DNA of 64,000 nucleotides from an uncultured delta proteobacterium. GTDB taxonomy: Bacteria; Desulfobacterota; Binatia; Binatales; Binataceae. This document shows, piece after piece, positions 1 to 10,237 of this stretch. Position 1 is the stretch's first letter. Each line of letters begins with the position of its first letter. The position numbers were made by a program, and so were the translations under genes. The stretch is from the NCBI GenBank assembly GCA_963842085.1, contig CAWJET010000001.1, positions 713,565 to 777,564 of the forward strand, read 5' to 3'. The notes beneath the pieces were generated by a model that saw nothing but the letters and a program-made list of their open reading frames with translations, searched no databases and was not told the origin of the DNA.

Positions 1-715
1 TGCGCTTCTCGCGCGCAGCCCGCATGCCCTCGCCAGCGTCCTCGCTCTCGCGCACGGCACCGAGATCGCGAGTGGCACGTCCCAACAGCTCCGACGGGCC
101 CTTGGGCAGAATCGATTCGGTGACGAACCGCTTGATGGTGCTGAGCACAAGCGGCGCGCTTTCGGCGAGCTCGCGCGCCATCGCTACCGCCTCATCGACC
201 TGCCGCCCGTTGGCGACCACGCGATTTACCAGCCCGACCTCGTAGGCGCGCCGCGCGTCGAGCGTCGCGCCGAGCAGCATCACTTCCATCGCAACCTTGT
301 GCGGGATGCGCGCGGCGAGCCCGGCGATCATCCCGCCGGTGAAGCCGAGGCGAGCCTCGGGATATGAGAACCTGGCGCTCTCGCTTGCGACGCACAGGTC
401 GCACGTCATCACCGCGACCAGCGCGCCGCCGATGCACCAGCCGCTCACCGCGGCGATGATCGGTTTGTCGGTGGTGATGCCCACGGTCGGGATGCAGCGC
501 CAGAGCTCGGGCAGGTCGGTGAAATCGGCACCGGCGGAGAACGCCTCGTCGCCGGCGCCGGTCAGTACCGCGACGCGCTGCCCGGAGGCGTCGAAGGCCG
601 CGAAGGCGGACTGCAAATCTATCGCGACCTGCTTGTTGATCGCGTTGCGGCGATCGGGGCGGTCGATCGAAATGATCGAAACGGGGCCTTCCTGGCGGAC
701 TTCGACGTCGCTCAT
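1..715 (-). CDS. enoyl-CoA hydratase/isomerase (crotonase family), 3' end cut by window edge
   Basis: Minus-strand frame runs off the window, so it is absent from the ORF track. Translation from ATG at 715 gives MSDVEVRQEGPVSIISIDRPDRRNAIN...FSAGADF...GLVNRVV, typical crotonase motifs. ORFs 192..902(-) and 297..830(+) are shadow frames. Confidence 0.8.
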   Translation of the reverse strand, partial: MSDVEVRQEGPVSIISIDRPDRRNAINKQVAIDLQSAFAAFDASGQRVAVLTGAGDEAFSAGADFTDLPELWRCIPTVGITTDKPIIAAVSGWCIGGALVAVMTCDLCVASESARFSYPEARLGFTGGMIAGLAARIPHKVAMEVMLLGATLDARRAYEVGLVNRVVANGRQVDEAVAMARELAESAPLVLSTIKRFVTESILPKGPSELLGRATRDLGAVRESEDAGEGMRAAREKR

Positions 716-885
716 GCAACCGATGTACGAGAATCGCGGCGCGAGCGCAAACGCGTTTCAGTCCGCCGACATGATCTTTGCGCAGACCGCTTCCGCGATG
801 ACCTCGGCTCGCAGACCTCGAATGACTTGACATCGGCCCCAGAGCGCATTCGAGTGTCGGCTGAATGGCACCCTCATCCTCGCGC

Positions 886-1797
886 CTATTGTTCGCGGCC
901 ACGAAGAATCGCGGCCATCGTGGTCGCGTTCATAATTCCGAAATTCTGGTAGCAGTTGTTGAAGATCACGTACGCACGCTTGACGCCTCGTTCTTCCAGA
1001 TTTTGCAGACCTTTGGCGAGCGACTGAAGCTCGCGTTCGGAGTACAGGTATTTGAAGCGCTCGGCGGCCGTGATGTTCCGCTTGAACCAGCTGTCAAGAT
1101 TCCTCCCGTGAAAGCGCATGTACACCTGGTCGCCGGTCGCCTCTACAAATGAGGGTACGATCGAATTGTCCGCGGGCGCATCGATCGAGGTGTAGTACAG
1201 ACCACGCGATCGCAGGAACTTCATCGTCTCGGCACGCTGCCCTTTGCCGCGAACCCAGCTGGGATGGCGGAACTCGATTGCGATTGACGCCCCGGGCAGC
1301 CGTTCCGGAAGGCTCGCGAGGTAATCAAAATTCGAAGGCTTGGCGATGAAGTACGGCGGAAGCTGGAAAGCGACCATTCCGAGTTTGCCCGCTTCGCGCA
1401 GCGGCGCAATCGCACTCCAGAACATCTGGAACGCCAGATCGACGACCTCGCGGGAAGGCCTCGTCAGCCGGCGTTCCGCGCGTTGCTCAGCCGGCAACAT
1501 CTCGCGCATCTCCTTGGGAAGCCGAGAGATTTCCGCCGCATGCTGCGTCATCAGCGCGAACGTCTTGATGTTGAAGAGGAACCCCGCGGGAGTGCGCTCC
1601 GACCAGAGCTTCGCATTGCGTTCCGAAGGCAGCGCGTAATATGTCGAGTCAACCTCGACTGTGTTGAACCGTTCCGCATAGAAGCGCAGACGCTCTTCGG
1701 CGGTGCGGACAGAAGGCGGATAAAACAGGTCTGAATTGACCAGCGACGCGTCGGTCCAGGATGCCGTACCAATCCGAAATTCAACCGCAGCGCTCAT
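886..1797 (-). CDS. DUF72 (YecE/UPF0759) family protein
   Basis: ORF 886..1845. The internal start MSAAVEFRIGTASWTD matches the DUF72 N-terminus (IGTSGW). Ends in TAG. Confidence 0.8.
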   Translation of the reverse strand: MSAAVEFRIGTASWTDASLVNSDLFYPPSVRTAEERLRFYAERFNTVEVDSTYYALPSERNAKLWSERTPAGFLFNIKTFALMTQHAAEISRLPKEMREMLPAEQRAERRLTRPSREVVDLAFQMFWSAIAPLREAGKLGMVAFQLPPYFIAKPSNFDYLASLPERLPGASIAIEFRHPSWVRGKGQRAETMKFLRSRGLYYTSIDAPADNSIVPSFVEATGDQVYMRFHGRNLDSWFKRNITAAERFKYLYSERELQSLAKGLQNLEERGVKRAYVIFNNCYQNFGIMNATTMAAILRGREQ

Positions 1798-2017
1798 CCA
1801 CGATAGTTTAACAGACCATCGGGACTCTGCGGGCGTTCTGCACACCGATTTGTGCCGATCTAGGTAGAATCGATGGGCCTATGATCTCCTGCGAAATTAG
1901 TACGACCGGGATGCCGTGCCGGTCGGCGTTTTCCGATCGCTGTCATGCGCGAGCCGCTGGATACCTCGCCCGGCGCAGGTGAGGGCGCCGATACTTTGAG
2001 CGCTACGAAGCCGAGAC

Positions 2018-3184
2018 TCAGTATGAGCGCGGAAGTCCGAGAACGTGCTCGGCAACTGAATTGAGGACCATCTCTTGCGAGACGGGCGCGATTTTAGTCA
2101 GCCGACATTCGCGGAAATAGCGCTCAACATCGTAGTCGCGAATATATCCATAGCCGCCTAGCGTCTGCACTGCCCGATCGCACGCCTCGAAGCCTGCATC
2201 GGCGGCGCGCAACTTTGCGATGTTCGCTTCCGCGCCGCATGGTCTGCCGTGATCGAACAGCCACGCCGCCTTCAGCATCATCAGTTCCGCAACTTCCAGC
2301 TTTGAATACGCATCAGCCAGCGGATGCGCGATCGCCTGGTTCTGCCCGATCGGACGGCTGAACACGACGCGTTCTTTTGCGTACCGGACCGCCTTCGAGA
2401 GCGCCACGCGTCCCATACCGATCGCTTCCGCCGCAACCAGGATCCGTTCGGGATTCAGCCCATCAAGGAGGCAGTGAAAACCGCGCCCTTCCCTGCCGAC
2501 CAGGTCGCCGGCTGGAACCTTCAGGTTGTCGACGAAGAGCATGTTGGTATCCACCGCCGCGCGGCCAAGCTTGTGCAGCTCGCGCACCTCGACCGCGGAC
2601 GGATCGAGATCCGCAAAAAACAAACTCATTCCGTCGGTCTTCTTCTCGACTTTCTCGAACGGCGTCGTACGCGTCAGCAGCAGCATCTTGTGCGCCTCGC
2701 GCGCCTTGGTCGTGAAAACCTTCCTACCGTTGATTAGATAACAGTCACCCTCGCGGCGAGCCGAGGTCTTGATGTGGGTGATGTCATTGCCCGCGTCTGG
2801 TTCGGTAATCGAAAACGCGACCTGGATCTCACCGCTCACCACTTTCGGCAAATAGCGGCGCTTCTGTTCGTCGGTTCCGTGAAAGACGAGCGGACTGACA
2901 CCGAAAATTGAGAGGTGAATCGCGCTAGCACCGGCCATCGCGGCACCCGACGCGGCGACTTCGCGCAGAACCAGAGCCGCTTCCGTGATCCCGAGGCCAC
3001 TACGGCCGTACTCCTCCGGTATTGCGACTCCCAGGTATCCTGCCTTCGCGACTGCGGCGAAAAAGTCGTGGGGAAACTCCGCTCGCGCATCGCGCTCGCG
3101 CCAATATTCGTCGGGATACTCCGCACAGAGTGCACGCACCTGCCGGATTATTTCTTCCTGGGCAGGCGTGAGTTCAAAGTCCAA
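2018..3184 (-). CDS. acyl-CoA dehydrogenase
   Basis: 388 aa with typical ACAD N-terminal, middle and C-terminal regions (e.g. GGYGY..DYDVERYFRE). Confidence 0.9.
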   Translation of the reverse strand: MDFELTPAQEEIIRQVRALCAEYPDEYWRERDARAEFPHDFFAAVAKAGYLGVAIPEEYGRSGLGITEAALVLREVAASGAAMAGASAIHLSIFGVSPLVFHGTDEQKRRYLPKVVSGEIQVAFSITEPDAGNDITHIKTSARREGDCYLINGRKVFTTKAREAHKMLLLTRTTPFEKVEKKTDGMSLFFADLDPSAVEVRELHKLGRAAVDTNMLFVDNLKVPAGDLVGREGRGFHCLLDGLNPERILVAAEAIGMGRVALSKAVRYAKERVVFSRPIGQNQAIAHPLADAYSKLEVAELMMLKAAWLFDHGRPCGAEANIAKLRAADAGFEACDRAVQTLGGYGYIRDYDVERYFRECRLTKIAPVSQEMVLNSVAEHVLGLPRSY

Positions 3185-3221
3185 TTCTGTTCTCCGTGGA
3201 AGGCATTTGGGATTCGTTGTG

Positions 3222-4091
3222 TCAGAATTTTCGCGCTTCCACCGACGCGAGGACGCGGCGGGCTTGCTTTAGATGTGGCATGTCGAGCATCTTGCCATCC
3301 AGCGCCACCGTACCGACCCCCGCTGAAAACGCCTCGACGACCCGGCGTGCATGTGCAATATCTTCGGCGGAGTGGGTGAAGGCGAGGTTGATTGGCTCTA
3401 CCTGATCGGGATAGATCGCAACCTTACCGGTGAATCCTGCGCGTCGTGCGGCTTGCGACTCGCGCGACAACCCCTCGGAATCCCTGAAGTTCGTGTACAC
3501 AGTATCGATCGGTTCAATCCCGGCAGCGACTGCAGCTAGCAGGCATAGCGATCGCGCCAACTTGTATGTGAACTCGAGCTGCCCGTCCTCGTCACGGTTG
3601 GTACTTGCACCAAGCGCCGCCGAAAGATCTTCGGCTCCCCAAGTCAGGCCCCACAGTCGATCGCTGCATCCGGCAAACCCGCCGAGATTGAACAGCGCTG
3701 GCGCGGTTTCGGTCGCAACCGCCATTACCCGAATCGAATCGGCCACGACGCCCTCGCGCACCTCCAGCGCGGACAAATAGTGATCAAGCAGCACCGCGTC
3801 CAACGCCGACGTGGTCTTTGGCAGCAGAATTCCATCGGGCGCGCCGCCAACGGTTGCCGCGAGGTCAGGGAGCGCCTTCTCGGTCGACAACGGATTGATT
3901 CGAACCCACAGCTGAGTACGAGTGCGATCGCGATGGCTGTCCAGGTATTCGCGCACCATCTTGCGCGCAGCCTCGATACGATCTGCGGAGACCGCGTCCT
4001 CCAGATCGAGCACCAGTGCGTCGGCGGCCGAATTTTCGGCCTTGGCGAGTTTGCGCTCGCTGTCACCGGGCACAAAAAGAAACGAGCGCAT
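3222..4091 (-). CDS. HpcH/HpaI aldolase - citrate lyase beta (CitE)-like acyl-CoA lyase
   Basis: Internal start MRSFLFVPGDSERKLAKA...LVLDLEDAV is the CitE/malyl-CoA lyase family signature. Start sits 2 nt after the MaoC stop, so the two are operonic. Confidence 0.8.
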   Translation of the reverse strand: MRSFLFVPGDSERKLAKAENSAADALVLDLEDAVSADRIEAARKMVREYLDSHRDRTRTQLWVRINPLSTEKALPDLAATVGGAPDGILLPKTTSALDAVLLDHYLSALEVREGVVADSIRVMAVATETAPALFNLGGFAGCSDRLWGLTWGAEDLSAALGASTNRDEDGQLEFTYKLARSLCLLAAVAAGIEPIDTVYTNFRDSEGLSRESQAARRAGFTGKVAIYPDQVEPINLAFTHSAEDIAHARRVVEAFSAGVGTVALDGKMLDMPHLKQARRVLASVEARKF

Positions 4092-4093
4092 CG

Positions 4094-4549
4094 TCACTGC
4101 CTCTTGTTTTTTCGCATCAATGCCGAGCGTTTGCAGAATGCCACTTCCTGATCGCGCTGATTGAAGCACCGATGCTCGAACACGATGATGCCCGCATCCG
4201 GCCGCGACTTGCTTTCGCGCATCCCCGCAACGCGAGTCTGCGCCCTGAGGGTGTCGCCGATAAACACCGGGTTCGCGAATCTTACATCGGTCATGCCGAG
4301 ATTCGCGATCGTCGTGCCGAGCGTCGTGTCGCCCACCGACAATCCGATCATCAGACCCAGCGTGAAGATGCTGTTGACGATGCGTTGTCCGAATTCCGTG
4401 TTCTTGGTAAATTCCGCGTCAAGATGCAGCGGCTGCGGATTGTGCGTCAGCGCGGTAAATAGCAGATTGTCAGTCTCGGTCACGGTTCTGGTGATCGGAT
4501 GTAGAAACACGCGGCCAACTTCGAATTCGTCGTAAAATAGCCCGCTCAT
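4094..4549 (-). CDS. MaoC-like (R)-specific enoyl-CoA hydratase/dehydratase
   Basis: 151 aa hot-dog fold protein. N-terminal LFYDEFEVGRVF and the internal region are typical of the MaoC dehydratase family. Confidence 0.8.
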   Translation of the reverse strand: MSGLFYDEFEVGRVFLHPITRTVTETDNLLFTALTHNPQPLHLDAEFTKNTEFGQRIVNSIFTLGLMIGLSVGDTTLGTTIANLGMTDVRFANPVFIGDTLRAQTRVAGMRESKSRPDAGIIVFEHRCFNQRDQEVAFCKRSALMRKNKRQ

Positions 4550-4656
4550 CGGCTACTCCCGGCATTGCGCGATTCCGGCAGGCTGGTCCGCCGGAAATTT
4601 TTCCAGATGCTCGGACACAATTTTGTGCCGCTCGATTTGCGGAACGTGACTAATGT

Positions 4657-5121
4657 TCAAGCCCTGCGCAGCCGGACAGCATCTCCGACCTTAATCTTTC
4701 CGCCGGCGAGCACGCGGCAACTCACTCCGGCGCGCCAATCGGGCTCCAGAGCCTTGCGCAGCCCGGCTTGCTGGATATCCATCACACGGCACGGTGGATT
4801 CTCGCCCCCTATTTCCAAGAGCACGTCGGCGACTGAGATCACTGCCCCTTCTGTGTCGCGCAGATCTATCCCGCCCAATACGAGATTAGCTCGTCGTTTG
4901 GTCCAGGGGACTTCCATTCCAAGATCTTGGCACGCGTCGCGCCAGGAATCGGCGCTGATGACGGTCACCTGCCTATCCGGCACGTTTCCGTGACAGTCGC
5001 CCTCTACGCCTGCCTCGATCGTGACCAGCACTTCGTTCACTGTCTCCATTGCTTCGCGCGGCTTTGACCGCCTCGCGATGCCGAGCAGCTCTCCGTTCAT
5101 CGCGATGGTCGCCCTGTCCAT
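4657..5121 (-). CDS. MOSC domain-containing protein (YiiM-like)
   Basis: 154 aa containing the VEGDCHG motif and the beta-barrel MOSC pattern. Confidence 0.7.
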   Translation of the reverse strand: MDRATIAMNGELLGIARRSKPREAMETVNEVLVTIEAGVEGDCHGNVPDRQVTVISADSWRDACQDLGMEVPWTKRRANLVLGGIDLRDTEGAVISVADVLLEIGGENPPCRVMDIQQAGLRKALEPDWRAGVSCRVLAGGKIKVGDAVRLRRA

Positions 5122-5436
5122 GCGCTACAGTATTCAGCCACAGTTGGGGTGCGTCAATCCATCAAGGGTTCGATAACGCGATTGGAAGCCTAAAGCTGTC
5201 GACCAAGTCTCTCAGCCGCTGCTTTGCATCTCCGATCACAGATACCCCGTCGCCGACGAGAATTGTGTCGAAGTCGAGCGCAAGCAATTGCTGAAGGCTG
5301 CGCCGCCAATCTTAATCCCGCGCGAGCGTGCGATTCCAACGCTCGCCCTAGCAGTTGGCAGCGGGCTGACACGCGACTATTGATACAAGACGCCCGCGTC
5401 GAGCAGGCGAGCATCAGACCAACGGGGAGAGAAATC

Positions 5437-6297
5437 ATGGGCAAACTCGAAAAGAAGGTTGCAGTCATTACTGGTGCGGCGAGCGGAATCGGCCGCGCCA
5501 CCGCAATACGGTTCGCAGGCGAGGGCGCTGCAGTCGTCATCGCTGACCTCAATCGCGAGGGTGGCGAGGCTGCGGTGCGCGACTGCAAGGAGAACGGCGG
5601 CAGCGCAGTCTTCCAGCTCACCGACGTCTCTAGTGAAGAAAATATCAAGAGCGCTGTCGATCGCGCGGTCAAGGAATTTGGACGCCTCGACGTCATCTAT
5701 AACAATGCCGGTCTGGGCGGCGCGGTCGGGCCGCTCGAGAAGACCAGTGCGGAAAACTGGGACCGCAGCTTCTCGATCCTGCTGCGCGCAGTATTTCTTG
5801 GCATCAAGCACGCAGTGCCTCAGATGCGTAAGACAGGCGGCGGTTCGATCATCTCAACCGCCTCGATCGCCGGACTGCGCGGTGCTGCCGGGTTACACGC
5901 GTACTGTGCCGCCAAGGCTGGAGTGATCAGCCTGACCCGCTCGGCTTCGATCGAACTGGCCAAGGACAAGATTCGCGTCAATTGCATCTGCCCCGGACTT
6001 ATAGCGACACCGCTGACGTACAATCGCATCCCCGGCGGCGAACAAGCCGCGACACAACTCTTTGCAGCGTTCCAGCCATGGCCGCGTGCGGGACGCCCCG
6101 AAGATATCGCGGCGATGGCGTTGTTTCTGGCCAGCGACGACTCGGAGTTCGTCAGCGGACAGGCAATGGTGGTCGATGGCGCCGTGACGTCGGGAATGGG
6201 CGCGGGCAGCCTGGCGCGAGGCTCTCAAGCGGCGCCGCCGTCGCTCCTCGACGACGAATGGTCGGGGCCTTCATTCCAGATGAAGCGCCCGTCGTAG
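5437..6297 (+). CDS. SDR family oxidoreductase
   Basis: MGKLEKKVAVITGAASGIGRA Rossmann motif, NNAG, and catalytic YxxxK (YCAAK). RBS GGGGAGAG lies upstream of ATG at 5437. Ends in TAG with an unusually long C-terminal tail. Confidence 0.85.
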   Translation: MGKLEKKVAVITGAASGIGRATAIRFAGEGAAVVIADLNREGGEAAVRDCKENGGSAVFQLTDVSSEENIKSAVDRAVKEFGRLDVIYNNAGLGGAVGPLEKTSAENWDRSFSILLRAVFLGIKHAVPQMRKTGGGSIISTASIAGLRGAAGLHAYCAAKAGVISLTRSASIELAKDKIRVNCICPGLIATPLTYNRIPGGEQAATQLFAAFQPWPRAGRPEDIAAMALFLASDDSEFVSGQAMVVDGAVTSGMGAGSLARGSQAAPPSLLDDEWSGPSFQMKRPS

Positions 6298-6467
6298 GTG
6301 CATCATGACTCTTTTTCCACCGAGGGCATTTGATCACCGCGCACGTCTTGGTGCTGAGCCGCAAGGCAATCGTGATGATAGAGAATCGTTCCTTCGATCA
6401 CGCGCTGGGCTATCTCAGTCTTCAAGCTTCCGGATGTCGGTTTTGGTTGCTTAGCCCGATGGATACT

Positions 6468-7658
6468 TCAGGAACGAAGCATTTTCGGACCGAAGAAGGC
6501 CAGCCAAACCGCCGAGCCCACAATCCACACGGCGGCCGCCCATCCAAGATGAACGTAGTAGGTATTACTGGCGTCGGCTGCCAGCCTCGCGCTCAGAGCA
6601 ATCAGGAAGGCTGCGCCCAACATAATCACGGCTAGCGGACGACCGAGGGCGAGTTGCTCCATGTTCAGATGGCTCATCACGACGTGGCTGCCCACTCCAA
6701 AGGCCAGCAAGCTGAAGCCGCCAATATAAAGGATGTGCATGGCTGGCACGCGATAGTCGGGCCAGATTGCCGAGGCAATCAATCCCACTGGCATGAGCCA
6801 CACCGCCAGCCACACCAGCTTGCGATGCGCGCCCGGCTTGCCCGGGAGTCGCAGTGCGCCGCCACCGAATCCCAACCCGATCGCTACTACCATCGCGCGC
6901 AGCAGAGGGCCGCTTCGTTCAAAGCCATGCTGCTCGAGCAGCAAGCTCGCGAAGATCGCAATTCCGGCTGCTGCATATGCCAAGGCCTTCCAGGTTTCAC
7001 GAGGCCCGGAGCCAAGGTCTGGAGGTGGAGGCGCGCCGCCCATGAGCGGCAGGACGAGACTGCCGATGCCGATCGCGAGGCAGAGAAATACGCCCTGCTC
7101 GACCAGCAGCACACCGAGATAGCCAGTGGATGGAAGCACGGCGTTCGCGTCGGCCGCGGCAATCAGGGCGGCGCCAGCCAGTCCCTGCAAGGCAGCGATC
7201 GGCAATAGCACAAAGGCGGCCGGCGGGCGGCGGCCCGCCTCGCCCGCCCGAAATCGACGCAGCGCAAACTGCATGAGCAGCACGAACAGCGCTGCGTACG
7301 CGATTTCGGCTGAAATCCACGAGTCGAGGATCGCGGCGCCAGTAGTCACCATCAGCGCTATCGCAAACGCTGCCATCTCCATTCGCCCAACTAGGGGTGA
7401 TTGCGTTCGGCGCGGCAGCGCCGTGAGAAGAAACCCTATGGCAAACGCCATCATGAATGCCTGCATTTGCACCAGGCCGTGAAAGCGGCACGAGTAGGTC
7501 GCCGTGACTCCGGTGGCGTAAAGCAGCCAGTGGCCTACACCGATCCATGCAAACAAAACGCCGAGCGGAAAAAACAGCCGGAACGGTTCGCTCCGCCAGC
7601 GCGAGATGGCCGCAGCCGGCGCGGGCGAAACACCTTCGGCATTTTCCAGCAGCGTCAT
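6468..7658 (-). CDS. NnrS family heme-copper membrane protein
   Basis: 396 aa polytopic membrane protein. N-terminal PFRLFFPLGVLFAW matches the NnrS signature, and conserved His sit in TM helices. Confidence 0.7.
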   Translation of the reverse strand: MTLLENAEGVSPAPAAAISRWRSEPFRLFFPLGVLFAWIGVGHWLLYATGVTATYSCRFHGLVQMQAFMMAFAIGFLLTALPRRTQSPLVGRMEMAAFAIALMVTTGAAILDSWISAEIAYAALFVLLMQFALRRFRAGEAGRRPPAAFVLLPIAALQGLAGAALIAAADANAVLPSTGYLGVLLVEQGVFLCLAIGIGSLVLPLMGGAPPPPDLGSGPRETWKALAYAAAGIAIFASLLLEQHGFERSGPLLRAMVVAIGLGFGGGALRLPGKPGAHRKLVWLAVWLMPVGLIASAIWPDYRVPAMHILYIGGFSLLAFGVGSHVVMSHLNMEQLALGRPLAVIMLGAAFLIALSARLAADASNTYYVHLGWAAAVWIVGSAVWLAFFGPKMLRS

Positions 7659-7979
7659 TGAATCTGATTGTCAACGCATTCGATTCAGTTTGCCAGAACG
7701 ACGAAGTTTGAAGTGGATTCTGTTTCTGACTAGTTTCTTCTGCATCAGGCTGCCAGACGTTCGTAGCGATGATGCAAGCCACCGACCTGGGGAATGGAGA
7801 CGACTCTTCCGACCCTTTGTGGCGTGGTCGGGCGCGGCTGTGGGCAATCCTTCTCGAGCGAAAGATGGGTGCGGGTGCGTTTGTGGTTCCTCAAAACCTC
7901 ATCCGCGCGCAAGGAGACTCGGGAGACTGGCGGGAGTCTCGCGGAGCTTGAACCTCCCGGGGCCATGATGGAAGGCTGA

Positions 7980-9383
7980 GTGCTTATGGCACCGGAGCCG
8001 GAGCGTTACGAACCGACCCTCGATTCAGTCCGGAGCCATCCTCTGCCCGACTGGTATCAGGACGCGAAGCTCGGGATCTTCGTGCACTGGGGCCTGTACT
8101 CCGTACCGGGCTGGGCGGCCTCTCGAAGAGATCCCTATAGCATCATTGCCGAGCGCGGCTTCGACGCGTACTTCCGCGAGAACCCTTACGCCGAGTGGTA
8201 CCTGAACACCTTGAAGTTTGAAGACGGTCCCACTCGCGCCTACCATAATCGCACCTTCGGCGAGCACTTCTCGTACGAAGACTTCCAGCCCATCTTCGAG
8301 AGCGAGGCGCGCAAGTGGGCGCCTGACGACTGGGCGCAGTTGTTTCACAAGGCGGGTGCAGCCTACGTCGTGCTGACCGCCAAGCACACCGACGGCTGCC
8401 TGTTGTGGCCGAGCAAGGTCGGCAATCTGGGCCGCCCGGGATATCATTCGACGCGCGATCCCGTGGGCGAGTTCGCAGCCGCAATGCGAGCGCGAGGTCT
8501 CCGCGCCGGACTCTACTACACCGGGGGCATGGACTGGCTGCTGAACCCAGATCGCATCGACGCGCCCGAAAAGATCTACTCGACGATCCTCGACGGGCCG
8601 CAGTACGTCGAATACGCCAACGCCCACTGGCGCGAGCTAATCGATCGTTATCATCCGTCGGTGATGTGGGGCGACATCATGTACCCGCCCGGCGCGAACA
8701 CACTGGAACTGTTTTCCTATTACTACAATCGCGTGCCGGACGGCGTGATCAACGATCGCTTCGCCACACAGTTCACTCCGCCGCGCCGCCCGAGCCTGCA
8801 GCCGCCCGGCGTTCACTACGACTTCGTCACTCCCGAGTACACTTCCTTCGACGAGATACAGACTGAGAAGTGGGAAACCTGTCGGGGTATCGGCTGCTCC
8901 TTCGGTTACAACCGCATCGACGACGAAACCAGCTACCTCACCGCCGCCGCGGTTGTCCGCATGCTGATCGACATCGTGAGCAAGAACGGCAACCTCCTGC
9001 TCAACGTCGGCCCACGCGCCGATGGCAGCATCCACGAGCTACAGCGCAAATGCCTGCATGGACTAGGCGCCTGGCTGGACGTCAACGGCGAGGCCATCCG
9101 CGCCACCCGTCCATGGAGCCGAGCCGAGTCAACGACCTCGGACGGAGTCCAAGTCCGCTTCACCCGCAAGCAAGACGCGCTGTACGCGATACTGCTTGAC
9201 ACCCCGCGCGAAGCTGAGGTGCGCATTCGACACTTGCACGCGGCTGCCGGCGCCGACGTGCGCTTGCTCGGTATCGACCAGCGCCTGCAGTGGCGCAACA
9301 GCGGCGACGATCTGATCGTCCGCCTTCCCCCGCCGCTTGCCGATAGCCCCGCGCACGCCCTCCGAATGCCGTTGCCTACATGA
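7980..9383 (+). CDS. alpha-L-fucosidase (glycoside hydrolase family 29)
   Basis: GIFVHWGLYSVPGW and the downstream catalytic region are typical of GH29. 467 aa. Confidence 0.85.
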   Translation: MLMAPEPERYEPTLDSVRSHPLPDWYQDAKLGIFVHWGLYSVPGWAASRRDPYSIIAERGFDAYFRENPYAEWYLNTLKFEDGPTRAYHNRTFGEHFSYEDFQPIFESEARKWAPDDWAQLFHKAGAAYVVLTAKHTDGCLLWPSKVGNLGRPGYHSTRDPVGEFAAAMRARGLRAGLYYTGGMDWLLNPDRIDAPEKIYSTILDGPQYVEYANAHWRELIDRYHPSVMWGDIMYPPGANTLELFSYYYNRVPDGVINDRFATQFTPPRRPSLQPPGVHYDFVTPEYTSFDEIQTEKWETCRGIGCSFGYNRIDDETSYLTAAAVVRMLIDIVSKNGNLLLNVGPRADGSIHELQRKCLHGLGAWLDVNGEAIRATRPWSRAESTTSDGVQVRFTRKQDALYAILLDTPREAEVRIRHLHAAAGADVRLLGIDQRLQWRNSGDDLIVRLPPPLADSPAHALRMPLPT

Positions 9384-9561
9384 CGAGTGTTAGCGCGCGC
9401 CGTCGCTGCGCACGTCGTGATCGAGCCACACTCGTGCCTGTTCGAAACCTGAATCCGGACGTATTGATGATGGCGCCCGCCGCTTGTCGAAGATCGTCTG
9501 CATTGATTCAAGTCGGCCGAGGGCGCACTGTCTTTTCGCAAGCCCAAAAGGAGGTCCGTTT

Positions 9562-10116
9562 ATGAGCCGGATTTTCGGAGAAATGCGGCAGATCGCGTTC
9601 GTCGTGCGTGATCTCGAAAAAGCGCTCGACTATTGGACGCACACGCTCGGCGTCGGTCCCTTCTTCATGATGCGCGATATTGTGCCGGACAACTATCGCT
9701 ATCGGGGCAGACCTGTGCCGCCACCACGAGTATCTATTGCGTTAGGTTTTTCGGGCGAGTTCCAGGTGGAGATCATCCAACAGCACGACGACCAGCCAAG
9801 CGCCTATTGCGATTACCTCGCTGCCGGTCACGAAGGCTTCCAGCACGTCTCCTCATGGGTGACGCGCGCCGAATACGATCGCGCCGTGCCGGAACTCGTC
9901 CGCTCCGGCCTATCCGTGGCGCATGAGGGCGCGATCCCAGGCAGTGGTATCCGGTTCATCTACTTCGCAACTGATTCCATGCCGGGCGGCCCTCTCTACG
10001 AGATTTCGGAAGCTAAGGAACCCTCCATTTACCCGACAATGATGAAGATTCGCGACCTCGCGCGGGTTTGGGACGGCCACGAACCGATTCGCGATTTCGC
10101 AACTCTGATGCGCTGA
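9562..10116 (+). CDS. VOC (glyoxalase/bleomycin resistance/dioxygenase) family protein
   Basis: Internal start MSRIFGEMRQIAFVVRDLEKALDYW preceded by RBS AAAGGAGG. ORF track 9484..10116 carries a non-homologous leader. Confidence 0.75.
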   Translation: MSRIFGEMRQIAFVVRDLEKALDYWTHTLGVGPFFMMRDIVPDNYRYRGRPVPPPRVSIALGFSGEFQVEIIQQHDDQPSAYCDYLAAGHEGFQHVSSWVTRAEYDRAVPELVRSGLSVAHEGAIPGSGIRFIYFATDSMPGGPLYEISEAKEPSIYPTMMKIRDLARVWDGHEPIRDFATLMR

Positions 10117-10237
10117 AGGATGCAGTCCCGAGAGGGCGGTGCGATGCGTTGGCTCCGAGTTTACGGTGCAAGTGAGCGGCCGTGTTCGTGTACACGGCAA
10201 CGATCGGTTGAATCCCAATTTAGCGAGGACAGTAACA

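Noticed and set aside
192-902. ORFs 192..902(-) and 297..830(+)
   Set aside because: They overlap the crotonase gene in other frames, and their translations are Arg/Ala-rich nonsense typical of GC-rich shadow ORFs.
5350-5380. Possible sigma54 promoter TTGGCAGCGGGCTGACA upstream of the SDR gene
   Set aside because: The -12 element lacks the essential GC dinucleotide (TGAC instead of TTGC).
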